Shown piece by piece: positions 1-11,888 of a DNA stretch of 48,519 nucleotides. The notes beneath the pieces were generated by a model. That model ran no database searches and was not told the DNA's origin. It saw only the letters and a program-made list of their open reading frames with translations. The position numbers were made by a program, and so were the translations under genes. Source of the DNA: Sulfurimonas sp. (GTDB lineage Bacteria; Campylobacterota; Campylobacteria; Campylobacterales; Sulfurimonadaceae); assembly GCA_016735225.1 (NCBI GenBank), contig JAERRX010000038.1, positions 1-48,519 of the forward strand, in the 5' to 3' direction. How positions within the stretch are numbered: the stretch's first letter is position 1; each line of letters begins with the position of its first letter.

Positions 1-133
1 TGAGTATTTTAAAGAAGGATATTATATTTAAAAGCTGTTTAAATAACAAACTTATTTTTCGTTTCATCTTTTAAAGTATAGTTTTGGTTACACTTATACT
101 AATATATTAAGTGAAATAAAAAGGAGTAGAGTC

Positions 134-544
134 ATGGAATCATTATCGTTATATATATTAGTAGGAGCTGTATTGTCTTTGGGAGCTTTTTTATACTTTG
201 AGAGTTTATCTTTAAAGGCACATAGAATTACTAAAGAAGAAAGTAGCTCTTTGAGTGAAAGTTTTAAACATTACAACACATCTAGAAATGTAGTGTTTTT
301 TTTCATAGCTAGTTATGTTATTACATTGATAATCTCAATCTTAGGTCATAATGAACACTATGGTCTTATAGAGGCAATTGCATATATATTTACAACAGCT
401 TTTTCAGGTTCAATAATAATTTTTGTTATGAAAATACAGAGAAGTTTATTGATAAAAGTATTTGCAACTTTTCTTTATGGAGTTCCTTATATCGGAGCAT
501 CAGCACTTGCTTTTTTAACAACATATATAATAAAAGGGATGTAA
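134..544 (+). CDS. Hypothetical membrane protein (about 4 TM segments)
   Basis: 136-aa hydrophobic ORF with AAGGAG Shine-Dalgarno; 1 nt from the next gene. Confidence 0.75.
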   Translation: MESLSLYILVGAVLSLGAFLYFESLSLKAHRITKEESSSLSESFKHYNTSRNVVFFFIASYVITLIISILGHNEHYGLIEAIAYIFTTAFSGSIIIFVMKIQRSLLIKVFATFLYGVPYIGASALAFLTTYIIKGM

Positions 545-545
545 A

Positions 546-986
546 ATGAGTACAATAAAAGAGTATTTAACAGCAGACCATGCAAGATGTGATGACTTGT
601 TTGCATCTATGGAAGATAGTGCAAGCAGGTCCATCAAAGATGCTAAGGCATCTTATGATATATTTGCAAGTTCTAGTGAAAGACATTTTCAGATGGAAGA
701 AAAAGTTATGTTTTTAGAGTTTGAAGCAAAAACAGGGATGACTCAGGGTCCAACAGCGATGATGCGACAAGAGCATACACAGATGCGATCTCTAGTATCT
801 CAGATGGGCGAAGCCATAGCAGATGAAAACAAAGATAGGTTTTTTGGACTTAGTGAAACTCTTATGATTTTGATGCAACAACATAACATGAAAGAAGAAC
901 AGATGCTCTACACTATGGCACAACAACATTTAAATGCTGACTCGGATAGAGTTGTAGAGATGATGGAGTCGATGATTGTTGAGTAG
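546..986 (+). CDS. Hemerythrin (HHE) domain protein
   Basis: Motifs DH, HFQMEE..LF, EH, HNMKEE..LY typical of di-iron HHE domains. Confidence 0.9.
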   Translation: MSTIKEYLTADHARCDDLFASMEDSASRSIKDAKASYDIFASSSERHFQMEEKVMFLEFEAKTGMTQGPTAMMRQEHTQMRSLVSQMGEAIADENKDRFFGLSETLMILMQQHNMKEEQMLYTMAQQHLNADSDRVVEMMESMIVE

Positions 987-1003
987 AAATTTAGGATTTT
1001 TCT

Positions 1004-2290
1004 ATGGAGCTTAATGGCTTATCGATAGATCAAGCTCCTCCTATATCAGCACCAGTTAGGTTTTATCTAACAGCACCACTCTTTGCAATATTGGCTGGTT
1101 TTTTTATGTTTTTTAGTGATGCCTCTACTCTAAGTAGTAGGTACTCACTTGATACTATTGTTATCACTCATACCCTAACTATAGGTTTTTTATCTTTTAT
1201 AATGCTAGGGTCATTAACACAGATGCTACCCGTTTTAGCAGGTGTAGTTATTCCAAAAGTAGATAAAGTTTCAAAGATCGCACATATACTTTTAGTCGCA
1301 GGTCTTATCTCCATGATATATGGTCTTCACAGCCAAAATACAGATGCAAACACTTTAGCCATGCTACTTCTTGGTGTTGGGTTTAGTATGATTATAAGTG
1401 TAATTGTTATGGCAGTTATAAGGGTTAAAAACTTTAATGCAACTGTAAAAGCTATGAGTGTGAGTCTGTTTTTTGCAATTTTTACTATTTTAATGGGTAT
1501 CTTTTTACTCTATACTTATATAGATGATGATATAGCCCAATACAGATATATAATATCAAATATTCATAGTGTTTGGGGTATTTTTGGTTTTGCTGGTATC
1601 TTGATCATCGGAGTAACTTTTCAAGTATTACCCATGTTTTATGTAGCTCCAAAGTTTAAGCAGTTTTGTAAAAAGAAAGTAGTTTGGCTTATAAGTTTTG
1701 GTCTTTTTTTATGGCTTTTTACAACTATATTTTATGAGCCACTTAGCATAGTTGCAAAGGGCTGGGTTTCGCTCTTTTTCTGGGCATTTGCCACAACAGT
1801 TTGGATAAAGCTTACTCGTCGTAAACGACCTATCAGCGATGTTACAGTTTGGTATTGGCGGAGTGCTAGTGTATTGCTAACTATAGGTTCTTTTGTTTGG
1901 ATATTTGATGAGTATTTTAGTCATGAGTATGTTGTCATGGTTTCGGTAATGTTTGGAGGTTTTATACTTAGTATAATGACAGGTATGCTTTATAAAATAG
2001 TTCCATTTTTAGTCTGGTTTCACCTAAATGCTATGGGTTATATGACTATACCAACAATGAATGAGATGATAGATAAGAGGCTTTCTAAGATACAGTTTTT
2101 TCTTTTTATGATCTCTTTAGTGGGTTTTGTGCTTGCTTTTTATATACCTATATCTCTACAGGTAGCATCTCTTAGTTTTATAATAAGTATGATGATTTTA
2201 CAATATAATGTCATAGCACCGATGCTAATATATATAAAGATTAAAAAAACAAAACCTGATTTTGATATGAGTGCTTTTGCAACAACATAG
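1004..2290 (+). CDS. Polytopic membrane protein with conserved His residues (NnrS / heme-copper oxidase subunit I-like family)
   Basis: About 12 TM segments; THTLTIGF..GSLTQMLPV, HSVWGIFG..QVLPMF, GMLYKIVPFLVWFH repeats; downstream of hemerythrin. Confidence 0.6.
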   Translation: MELNGLSIDQAPPISAPVRFYLTAPLFAILAGFFMFFSDASTLSSRYSLDTIVITHTLTIGFLSFIMLGSLTQMLPVLAGVVIPKVDKVSKIAHILLVAGLISMIYGLHSQNTDANTLAMLLLGVGFSMIISVIVMAVIRVKNFNATVKAMSVSLFFAIFTILMGIFLLYTYIDDDIAQYRYIISNIHSVWGIFGFAGILIIGVTFQVLPMFYVAPKFKQFCKKKVVWLISFGLFLWLFTTIFYEPLSIVAKGWVSLFFWAFATTVWIKLTRRKRPISDVTVWYWRSASVLLTIGSFVWIFDEYFSHEYVVMVSVMFGGFILSIMTGMLYKIVPFLVWFHLNAMGYMTIPTMNEMIDKRLSKIQFFLFMISLVGFVLAFYIPISLQVASLSFIISMMILQYNVIAPMLIYIKIKKTKPDFDMSAFATT

Positions 2291-2299
2291 GATATAGAT

Positions 2300-2812
2300 A
2301 TGAACAATATAATTTTAATAGGCTTTATGGGAGTAGGGAAGGGTAGTGTGGCTAGAGAGGTCATAAAAAACTCTAACTATATGGCAATAGACACAGATGA
2401 CCTTATAGAGAGTATGGAAAACAAAAAGATAAAAGAGATATTTACAGATAATGGAGAGCAGTATTTTAGAGGTCTTGAAAAAGATCTCTCCGCTTGGCTA
2501 GAGCTAAATGTGAAAAATACTCTTATTTCAACAGGGGGAGGTTTTTATAAGCAAAAAAATCTAAAAAAGATAGGTACTGTTGTTTTACTAGATGCACCCT
2601 TCGATAGGATAATAAAAAGAATAAAAAATCATCCAAATGCTATTAGAAAACTTAAAAAAAGACCATTGCTACAAGACTTAGAAGAAGCAAAAAAACTTTA
2701 TGATCTGCGTCGCCCTGAGTATCTAGCACTAGCAGATATAGTTATAGATGTTACAAAAAAAACTATTGAAGAGTGTTCAAGAGAACTACTAAAGAAGGTA
2801 AAAAAGATATGA
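2300..2812 (+). CDS. aroK: Shikimate kinase
   Basis: LIGFMGVGKGS P-loop, DTD, GEQYFR, STGGG, RPLL. Confidence 0.93.
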   Translation: MNNIILIGFMGVGKGSVAREVIKNSNYMAIDTDDLIESMENKKIKEIFTDNGEQYFRGLEKDLSAWLELNVKNTLISTGGGFYKQKNLKKIGTVVLLDAPFDRIIKRIKNHPNAIRKLKKRPLLQDLEEAKKLYDLRRPEYLALADIVIDVTKKTIEECSRELLKKVKKI

Positions 2813-4098
2813 TATTTATAGATACAAATGATAAAGATTTTAAAAGTAGTTTTGAGGAACTTCTTTTAAGAGGGAAGATGGATATTGATGAGGTGAGTTC
2901 AATAGTTGGAAATCTTTTATATGAGATAAAAAGTGATAAAAACGAAGCTTTAAAAAAACATATAGAAAAGTTTGACAACTGGATACCCTCAAGTGATGAA
3001 GACTTGAAAATATCTAAAGATGCTATGATAAGAGCTTATGAGAAGATAGATATCAAGCTCAAAAGTGCTTTGCATCTAGCCTATGATAGGATCAAGTCAT
3101 ATCATGAAAAACAAAAACCTAAGTCATGGTTTGATACAGAGGAAAACGGAACAATACTAGGACAAAAAGTTACACCTGTTGATAGTGCAGGGCTTTATAT
3201 ACCTGGTGGAAAAGCAGCTTACCCATCTTCACTTTTGATGAATGTTATCCCTGCTCAAGTTGCAGGAGTAAAAAATATTGTCATCTGTACACCAACTCCA
3301 CAAAACGAAGTAAACGAGCTTTTGCTTGCAGCTTGTCATCTATGTGGAGTTAGTGAGGTTTATAAAGTTGGTGGAGCGAGTGCCATCGGAGCGATGGCCT
3401 ATGGAACGCAGAGCATACCAAAAGTTGATGTTATAACTGGACCAGGAAACATCTTTGTTGCAACTGCTAAAAAAATGGTTTATGGCGATGTAAATATAGA
3501 TATGATAGCAGGACCTAGTGAGATAGGGATTTTAGCAGATGATAGTGCAAACCCTTTGCATCTTGCTATCGACCTACTATCTCAAGCAGAGCATGATGAG
3601 ATGGCAAGCTCTATACTTATAACTCCTTGTAAAAAGTTAGCCGATGAGGTCGCTATCGAGATACAAAACTGGCTTAAAAAACTTCCTCGTGAAGAGATTG
3701 CAAGAAAGTCCATAGAAGATAGAGGTGCTATAATAGTAACAAAAGATATGGATGAAGCTATAGACCTTATGAACGAGATAGCCCCTGAGCATCTAGAGGT
3801 TGCTACTGATAATGCTTTTGAGTTTTTACCACTCATAAAACATGCAGGAGCAATATTTTTGGGACACAATACACCTGAGGCTATTGGTGACTATATTGCA
3901 GGTCCAAACCATACCCTACCAACAGGAGGAACGGCAAAGTTTTTTTCCCCACTTGGAGTAGAAAACTTTATGAAAAAAACTTCTATCATCTCTTTTTCTA
4001 AAAAAGGCATAGATGAAGTAGGAGAAGAGTGCGCACTTATCGCAAATACAGAGGGCTTAACAGCACATGAACAGTCAGTTCGAGTTCGTTTAAGTTAA
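2809..4098 (+). CDS. hisD: Histidinol dehydrogenase
   Basis: GLYIPGGKAAYPSS, DMIAGPSE, SQAEHD, APEHL, GDYIAGPNHTLPT; start moved to ATG 2809, which overlaps the aroK stop (ATGA). Confidence 0.97.
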   Translation: MIFIDTNDKDFKSSFEELLLRGKMDIDEVSSIVGNLLYEIKSDKNEALKKHIEKFDNWIPSSDEDLKISKDAMIRAYEKIDIKLKSALHLAYDRIKSYHEKQKPKSWFDTEENGTILGQKVTPVDSAGLYIPGGKAAYPSSLLMNVIPAQVAGVKNIVICTPTPQNEVNELLLAACHLCGVSEVYKVGGASAIGAMAYGTQSIPKVDVITGPGNIFVATAKKMVYGDVNIDMIAGPSEIGILADDSANPLHLAIDLLSQAEHDEMASSILITPCKKLADEVAIEIQNWLKKLPREEIARKSIEDRGAIIVTKDMDEAIDLMNEIAPEHLEVATDNAFEFLPLIKHAGAIFLGHNTPEAIGDYIAGPNHTLPTGGTAKFFSPLGVENFMKKTSIISFSKKGIDEVGEECALIANTEGLTAHEQSVRVRLS

Positions 4099-4130
4099 AT
4101 CATAAAAGTATCAAAAAAAAAGGATAAAAA

Positions 4131-4610
4131 ATGTTACACCCAGCAACAGCACATTTTGCAATAGTGCTTCCAGTTATCTCTTTAATAATAGGCTTAGCCT
4201 ATTTAGTAAAACCGAGCGAAGTTATGTCTAAACTTTCAACACGCTTCATGCTAGCATCTGCTATCTTTATAATTATTGCTTTTTTTACAGGCAAAAATGA
4301 TGGCGGTGAAGTTTATATGTTTATATCAGGTGAAGGACAAAAACTACTCATAGAACATAAACAACTAGGTCTTTACTTAGCTATAGCTATGGGGGCGGTT
4401 GCTCTAGTTAAGCTTTACGGCTGTATTACAAAAACCTTTAAAGCAGAACTGCTTGCAGTTGTTTTAGTTGCTTTTATAAGCGGTGGAGTTTTATATCAAG
4501 GAAAAATGGGTGGAGATTTGACCTATACTTATGGTTCTCATGTTTTAAAACACTCAGATGGAATGGATTGCCTTGATGACCCAGAGGAATTTTTAGAAGA
4601 TGAGGAGTAG
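4131..4610 (+). CDS. DUF2231-like membrane protein
   Basis: N-terminal LHPATAHFAI, internal H, C-terminal GKMGGDLTY; 4 TM segments. Confidence 0.7.
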   Translation: MLHPATAHFAIVLPVISLIIGLAYLVKPSEVMSKLSTRFMLASAIFIIIAFFTGKNDGGEVYMFISGEGQKLLIEHKQLGLYLAIAMGAVALVKLYGCITKTFKAELLAVVLVAFISGGVLYQGKMGGDLTYTYGSHVLKHSDGMDCLDDPEEFLEDEE

Positions 4611-4702
4611 GGTCTTCTCTTTTAAAAAGTAGCAACTTACAAAAACACAAAATTTCATCTTATAGATGGGGATGTTTTTCTAATATTATTTGAGGAAGAA
4701 CA

Positions 4703-5710
4703 ATGAACTACATAGGCTCAAAATCTAAACTATCTTCTTGGATAAAAGAGGAGGTTAAAAAAGTAGTTGGCAGGGACCTTTCTCAAAAAGTATTTTGCGA
4801 TATGTTTGCTGGAACTGGCATAGTTGGGAGAACTTTTAAAAAAGAAGTTAAACAAATTGTCAGTAATGACTTAGAACATTATAGTTTTGTGTTAAATAAA
4901 AACTATATTGAAAATCATCAAGAGATAGAAGATAAAGAAAAGTATATAAAAGAGCTTGACGATCTACCTTTGCTAGATAATGGATTTGTATATCAAAACT
5001 ATTGCATGGGCAGTGGAAGCGAGCGACAATATTTTAGTGATGATAATGGTAAAAAAATAGACACTATTAGAACTAAAATCAAAGAGTGGAAAGAGAAGAA
5101 TAAAATAAACTCTAGTTTGTATTATTTTTTATTGACCTCACTTCTTGAAAGTGCAGATAAAGTGGCAAATACTGCTTCTGTTTATGGTGCATTTTTAAAA
5201 CATATCAAAAAGTCGGCTTCAAAAGAGCTAGTTTTACAATCTGCTAATTTTATAAAAAGTGATAATACTCATAAAGTTTTTAACATGGACAGCAATGAGT
5301 TGATAAAAGAGATAAGTGGTGATATTTTATATTTAGACCCACCATATAACCAAAGGCAATATAGTGCCAACTATCATATATTAAATACGATCACTAAGTA
5401 TGATAGTTTTACGCCAAATGGCAAAACAGGATTAAGACAATACACTCGTTCAAACTACTGTAAAAAAGGTGAAGTTCATAGTAGCTTTGAAGATCTAATC
5501 AAAAATGCAAAATTTATATATATCTTTTTAAGCTATAACAACGAGGGGCTTATGAGTAAAGATGATGTTAAAACTATTATGTCAAAATATGGAGTGTATA
5601 GCTTAGAAACTAAAGAGTACAAAAGATTTAAAGCTGACAAAACACAGAGTAGAAAGCATAAAGCAGATAAGACTTATGAGTATTTGCACATACTTAAAAA
5701 AACTTTCTGA
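4703..5710 (+). CDS. N6-adenine DNA methyltransferase, M.NlaIII/M.HpyI (CATG)-like, D12 class
   Basis: MNYIGSK, DMFAGTGIVG, ESADKVANTASVYGAFLK, YLDPPYN.RQY, FLSYNNEGLM closely resemble H. pylori hpyIM as I recall it. Confidence 0.88.
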   Translation: MNYIGSKSKLSSWIKEEVKKVVGRDLSQKVFCDMFAGTGIVGRTFKKEVKQIVSNDLEHYSFVLNKNYIENHQEIEDKEKYIKELDDLPLLDNGFVYQNYCMGSGSERQYFSDDNGKKIDTIRTKIKEWKEKNKINSSLYYFLLTSLLESADKVANTASVYGAFLKHIKKSASKELVLQSANFIKSDNTHKVFNMDSNELIKEISGDILYLDPPYNQRQYSANYHILNTITKYDSFTPNGKTGLRQYTRSNYCKKGEVHSSFEDLIKNAKFIYIFLSYNNEGLMSKDDVKTIMSKYGVYSLETKEYKRFKADKTQSRKHKADKTYEYLHILKKTF

Positions 5711-5951
5711 TATTTTAAGCTTTAAGATAGATTTAGATATTTTGTTGGTGCATTATTCTCTGCTTGTCGTAAAATAACTACAACACAATATTAAACTTTT
5801 TTTAAACCACAATAAATTCGAGCTGTAAACTTTAGAAAAATAAGATTTACTCTAAAAGAAATTACACGAAAATTAGAATGACTACATCAACTAAGATTAA
5901 TATAAATAAGCTAAAATCCCAAACACTAAACTAAGCATAAAGATTATAAAC

Positions 5952-6962
5952 ATGAAAGATGAAATATTATCAAGAATACAAAAGAAGTTTCCTTTAGTTT
6001 CTAAGCCATTTGAGGCTATTGCCGATGAGCTAGACATGAGCGAAAATGAGGTCTTGAGTATTTTACAAGAGGAAAAGAGTAGGGGTATTATTCGTCAAAC
6101 TTCTGCGATATTTGATACTAAAAGACTAGGTTATAAGTCATCTCTTGTTGCATTTAAAGTTGCAAAAGACAAGATAGATGATGCAGTTAAGATTATCAAC
6201 TCGCATCCAGGTATCTCTCACAACTATGAAAGAAATCATGATTTCAATATATGGTTTACTCTTGGGGTTGCACCTGACTCTATACTAGGACTTGATAAAA
6301 CAGTTGAAATACTTGCAAAACTTACCAAAGCAGATGAGTATATCATGCTTCCAACTCTTAAACTATTTAAAATAAATGTTAAGCTAAATACAACTGGTAA
6401 AGATGAGAAAAAAGAAGAGGTAAAAAAAGTTGTTCACTCTGAGATAGAGATGACACCGCTTCACAATGCAATAGTTAGAACAGCTCAGTATGATATAGAG
6501 ATGGTTAGTGAGCCATTTAAGAAGATTGTCGATGAGCTTGGTATCGGTTATGATAAATTCTTTTTTATTTTAAAAGAACTTCAAGATGCTGGTATAATGA
6601 GAAGGTTTGCATCTATACTAAACCATAGAAAAGCAGGTTTCAACGCAAATGCCATGGTTGTTTGGGATGTGCAAGAGGGAGAAAAGGGCGAAGAGATAGG
6701 AGCTAGGGCTGCTGCATTTAGTGCAGTTAGTCACTGTTATCTTAGACCTAAATACACAAACTGGCAATACAACCTTTTTACAATGGTTCACGGAAAGACA
6801 AAAGAGGAAACAGATGCTATAATTGCAGAGATGGCACAAGAGATAGACTCTAAAACTCACATGCCACTTTATAGCTCAAGAGAGTTTAAAAAGATACGCA
6901 TAGAGTATTTTACCCCAGACATAAAAGCTTGGGAAACAAAATACAATATCAAGGAAGCATAA
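5952..6962 (+). CDS. Siroheme decarboxylase, fused AhbA-AhbB / NirD-NirL type (Lrp/AsnC fold)
   Basis: Two Lrp-like halves, each with an HxYxR motif (SHNYER, SHCYLR); FPLVSKPF, YNLFTMVHG, REFKK. Confidence 0.85.
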   Translation: MKDEILSRIQKKFPLVSKPFEAIADELDMSENEVLSILQEEKSRGIIRQTSAIFDTKRLGYKSSLVAFKVAKDKIDDAVKIINSHPGISHNYERNHDFNIWFTLGVAPDSILGLDKTVEILAKLTKADEYIMLPTLKLFKINVKLNTTGKDEKKEEVKKVVHSEIEMTPLHNAIVRTAQYDIEMVSEPFKKIVDELGIGYDKFFFILKELQDAGIMRRFASILNHRKAGFNANAMVVWDVQEGEKGEEIGARAAAFSAVSHCYLRPKYTNWQYNLFTMVHGKTKEETDAIIAEMAQEIDSKTHMPLYSSREFKKIRIEYFTPDIKAWETKYNIKEA

Positions 6963-7345
6963 ATGGAACTTTTTTTGAATTGGAGATAGTATATATTGTT
7001 ATAGGTGCTTTTATACTAAGTGTTACAGCTTTTGTGACAACCAGAGAGTTTATGCCAAAAGTTGCCTTCAAAAGAGGGATGCTAGGTATTGGCGGATTTA
7101 TAATCTTTATGATTGGTTTTCATTATGTTATGACAACGACAAGGATGCAAGGTGTTAAAGATATTTTTAACAATGGAGAAACTGTTATTTGTGAAAATAA
7201 GATGCGTAGAACTATTTCAAGATCAGTTTTATTGTCTAAAGAGTTAGGCTGGAGACTAGATGGCGATAAGTTTAAAAACGATGATTATGAGCGTGACTTT
7301 CATACTTCAAGATGCATCGAGTTTGATGGGATAGTACCTAAGTAG
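6963..7345 (+). pseudogene. Membrane protein gene apparently frameshifted in a T7 run just after the start (or a sequencing error)
   Basis: ATG 6963 follows AAGGA and the upstream TAA but stops after 8 codons; one extra T in the run 6970-6976 joins it to the long frame (MELFFELEIVYIVIG...). Confidence 0.6.
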
Positions 7346-7507
7346 ATGCTCTTAGTCCTAAAGCGTTACTCTATGGCATTTACCTTTCTTTTTATCATAT
7401 TTGCCTTGATGCTCCTTAGCACCATCGGGGTAACGAGTCTAGGAAATAGTATGCTAAATGATATAGGTGAAGAGATGAAACCAAGAGGAGAGGAGATAAG
7501 CAGATGA
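7346..7507 (+). CDS. Small single-TM protein (53 aa), absent from the ORF track
   Basis: MLLVLKRYSMAFTFLFIIFALMLLSTIGVTSLGNSMLNDIGEEMKPRGEEISR; abuts the upstream TAG and overlaps the next ATG (ATGA). Confidence 0.65.
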   Translation: MLLVLKRYSMAFTFLFIIFALMLLSTIGVTSLGNSMLNDIGEEMKPRGEEISR

Positions 7508-7797
7508 GTTTAAATATTATACTTATAGTCGGTGTTGTTTTAAGCATAGCTTTTCATTTTATGGGTGTTTATGCTGGTGCAAAAAAGACCGTTTGGGTGA
7601 TGATAGTTTTGATGTGGGCAGGTTCTATCAGTGTTGCTATGAATGAAGTAAAAGCAAATGCTTATGATGATGTTAAAAAGATGCAAGGTCAGTTTGAAGA
7701 TACTGATAAATTTATACTAGATGCTGGTAAAGAGATATCTTTATATGAGTTTTTACTCATCAAAAAAAGCTATATCAAAAACAACCCTAAAAAATAA
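7504..7797 (+). CDS. Hypothetical membrane protein
   Basis: 97 aa, two N-terminal TM segments, GAGGAG Shine-Dalgarno. Confidence 0.7.
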   Translation: MSLNIILIVGVVLSIAFHFMGVYAGAKKTVWVMIVLMWAGSISVAMNEVKANAYDDVKKMQGQFEDTDKFILDAGKEISLYEFLLIKKSYIKNNPKK

Positions 7798-8492
7798 TGC
7801 ACTCTAAAAGTATCTCTATTGTTGGTTGTGGCTGGTTGGGTAAGCCACTAGCCAAGAGCCTATCAAAAGAGTATGATGTAGAGTGTTATGATAGAAAAAC
7901 AACAAAAGAGCGTTCCTCTTTTTGGCAAAGTAAAACAATCATAATCGCCATAAATACAAAAGACAACTATATCAACACACTACAAAAAATAGCAAAGTTT
8001 AGTTCTTTATCTTCAAATATTATACTGCTTAGCTCTATCTCTGTATATAAAGAGTTTAACAAAACCATAGATGAGGATATATCTATAACACAAAAAACTC
8101 TGCAAAAAGAAGCAGAAGAGTTGATGCAAAACTTAAGAGAACATCTTCTGATTTTACGACTTGGTGGCTTGATGGGCAGTGATAGAGTTGCAGGAAGATG
8201 GAAAAAAGTATCTACTTTTAAAGATGGTTTTGTAAACTATATCCATCGTGATGATGTTATCTGTATCATAAAAGAGCTACTTAAAAATGATGTGAGAGAT
8301 GGCATCTACAACCTTGTAGCACCAAAGCATCCGCTTCGCTCTAAAGTACACAAAAAAAACACTCAAAGACTTGGGATAAAGCTAGGGAGTTTTGAGGGCA
8401 AAACATCTAAAATAATTAGCTCAGATGCCATCGTAAAAAAAATCAACTATACTTTTTTATACCCAGAACCACTTGACTTTTGGGGTAAATAA
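7797..8492 (+). CDS. NAD(P)-dependent epimerase / atypical SDR (YeeZ-like)
   Basis: IVGCGWLG Rossmann motif, SSISVY, LRLGGL.G, VNYIHRDD, YNLVAP. Confidence 0.8.
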   Translation: MHSKSISIVGCGWLGKPLAKSLSKEYDVECYDRKTTKERSSFWQSKTIIIAINTKDNYINTLQKIAKFSSLSSNIILLSSISVYKEFNKTIDEDISITQKTLQKEAEELMQNLREHLLILRLGGLMGSDRVAGRWKKVSTFKDGFVNYIHRDDVICIIKELLKNDVRDGIYNLVAPKHPLRSKVHKKNTQRLGIKLGSFEGKTSKIISSDAIVKKINYTFLYPEPLDFWGK

Positions 8493-8544
8493 CTAAAAAT
8501 ACCCGAGCTTTGTATCTAACATCTTAGTCAAAATATCTATATAC

Positions 8545-8574
8545 TTAAGCCCTTTAAAGTTTTTTCGATATAAT
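8545..8574 (+). promoter_or_regulatory. Sigma70 promoter of the aminotransferase-hisZ-purA operon
   Basis: TATAAT at 8569-8574 with upstream TTAAG/TTTAAAG/T-tract periodic pattern typical of Campylobacterota. Confidence 0.55.
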
Positions 8575-8615
8575 ACAAGGTTTTAAATATTAAATATTAC
8601 CTCATAGGATTTTAG

Positions 8616-9743
8616 ATGTTACTTTTTACTCCTGGACCAACTCCAGTACCTCAAAATGTTAGAAATGCAATGAGTGATGAAACTATGCATCATCGTACCC
8701 CCGAATTTGAAGCTATCTTTGAAGAAACTAGAAATCATCTTTTTGATCTTTTTGGTACCGATGAGGTTGTTATACTAGCATCTAGTGGCACAGGTGCTAT
8801 GGAAGCAGCAGTTACAAACCTCTGTAAAAATACACTTTTGAGTATAAACTCTGGAAAATTTGGAGAGAGATTTGGCAAAATCGCTCTAGCTCACGGTCTT
8901 AAAAACATAGAGATTAAAAATGAGTGGGACACTCCTGTTAGTGTAGATGCAGTTGTAGATGCTCTTAAAAACAACCCCGATATAGATGCATTAGCAGTTC
9001 AGATAAGTGAGTCCGCAGGTGGTCTTCGCCATCCAGTTGAAGAGATAGCAAAGGCAGTTAAAGAGATAAACCCAGACATCATGATAATAGCTGATGGTAT
9101 TACCGCTGTCGGTGTTGAGAGGATAGATGTGACAAACATAGATGCTCTTCTAGCTGGTAGCCAAAAAGCACTTATGCTTCCTCCTGGTTTATCTATACTA
9201 GGTTTAAGTAATGCATCTATTAAAAAGATAGGAGCAGGAGAGGGCTACTACTTAAACCTCGCATCTGAGATAAAAAAACAAAGACAAAACACAACTGCCT
9301 ACACAGCTCCAACTACTCTAATCATAGGACTTTTAGAAGTTCTACAAACTATACAAAAGCAGGGTGGTATAGGCTCTCTTTATTGTAATACTGCTAGAAG
9401 AGCAAAGGCTACAAAAGCAGCACTTCAAGCGATAGGACTGCATATATATCCAAAAGTTTCTGCAAAAAGTATGACAACTATTGATGACAAAGATGCCACA
9501 AAAATTCGCTCTAGTTTAAAAGAGGAGTACGGTGTAAATGTAGCAGGAGGTCAAGACCATCTTAAGGGCAAGATATTTCGTATAAACCAGATGGGCTTGA
9601 TAGAGCCTTATGAGTCTATATGGGTTGTAAATGCAATAGAACTTATCATGCATCAGTTAGGTCGCTTAGAGTATGGCGGCATCGCTTCAAAAGTATATAA
9701 TGAAACTTACTTTAAAACAGTTTTACAAAAAAAAGAGATATAG
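8616..9743 (+). CDS. Class V PLP aminotransferase (alanine-glyoxylate / serine-pyruvate family)
   Basis: LFTPGPTPVP, HHRTPEF, SSGTGAMEA, GSQKALMLPPGL, AGGQDHLKGKIFRI. Confidence 0.9.
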   Translation: MLLFTPGPTPVPQNVRNAMSDETMHHRTPEFEAIFEETRNHLFDLFGTDEVVILASSGTGAMEAAVTNLCKNTLLSINSGKFGERFGKIALAHGLKNIEIKNEWDTPVSVDAVVDALKNNPDIDALAVQISESAGGLRHPVEEIAKAVKEINPDIMIIADGITAVGVERIDVTNIDALLAGSQKALMLPPGLSILGLSNASIKKIGAGEGYYLNLASEIKKQRQNTTAYTAPTTLIIGLLEVLQTIQKQGGIGSLYCNTARRAKATKAALQAIGLHIYPKVSAKSMTTIDDKDATKIRSSLKEEYGVNVAGGQDHLKGKIFRINQMGLIEPYESIWVVNAIELIMHQLGRLEYGGIASKVYNETYFKTVLQKKEI

Positions 9744-11869
<2,126 letters not shown>

Positions 11870-11888
11870 TTGTCTATAGGGAACTATC

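Noticed and set aside
5711-5951. 241-bp gap as an ncRNA or endonuclease remnant
   Set aside because: AT-rich, with no strong stem, terminator or recognisable protein fragment
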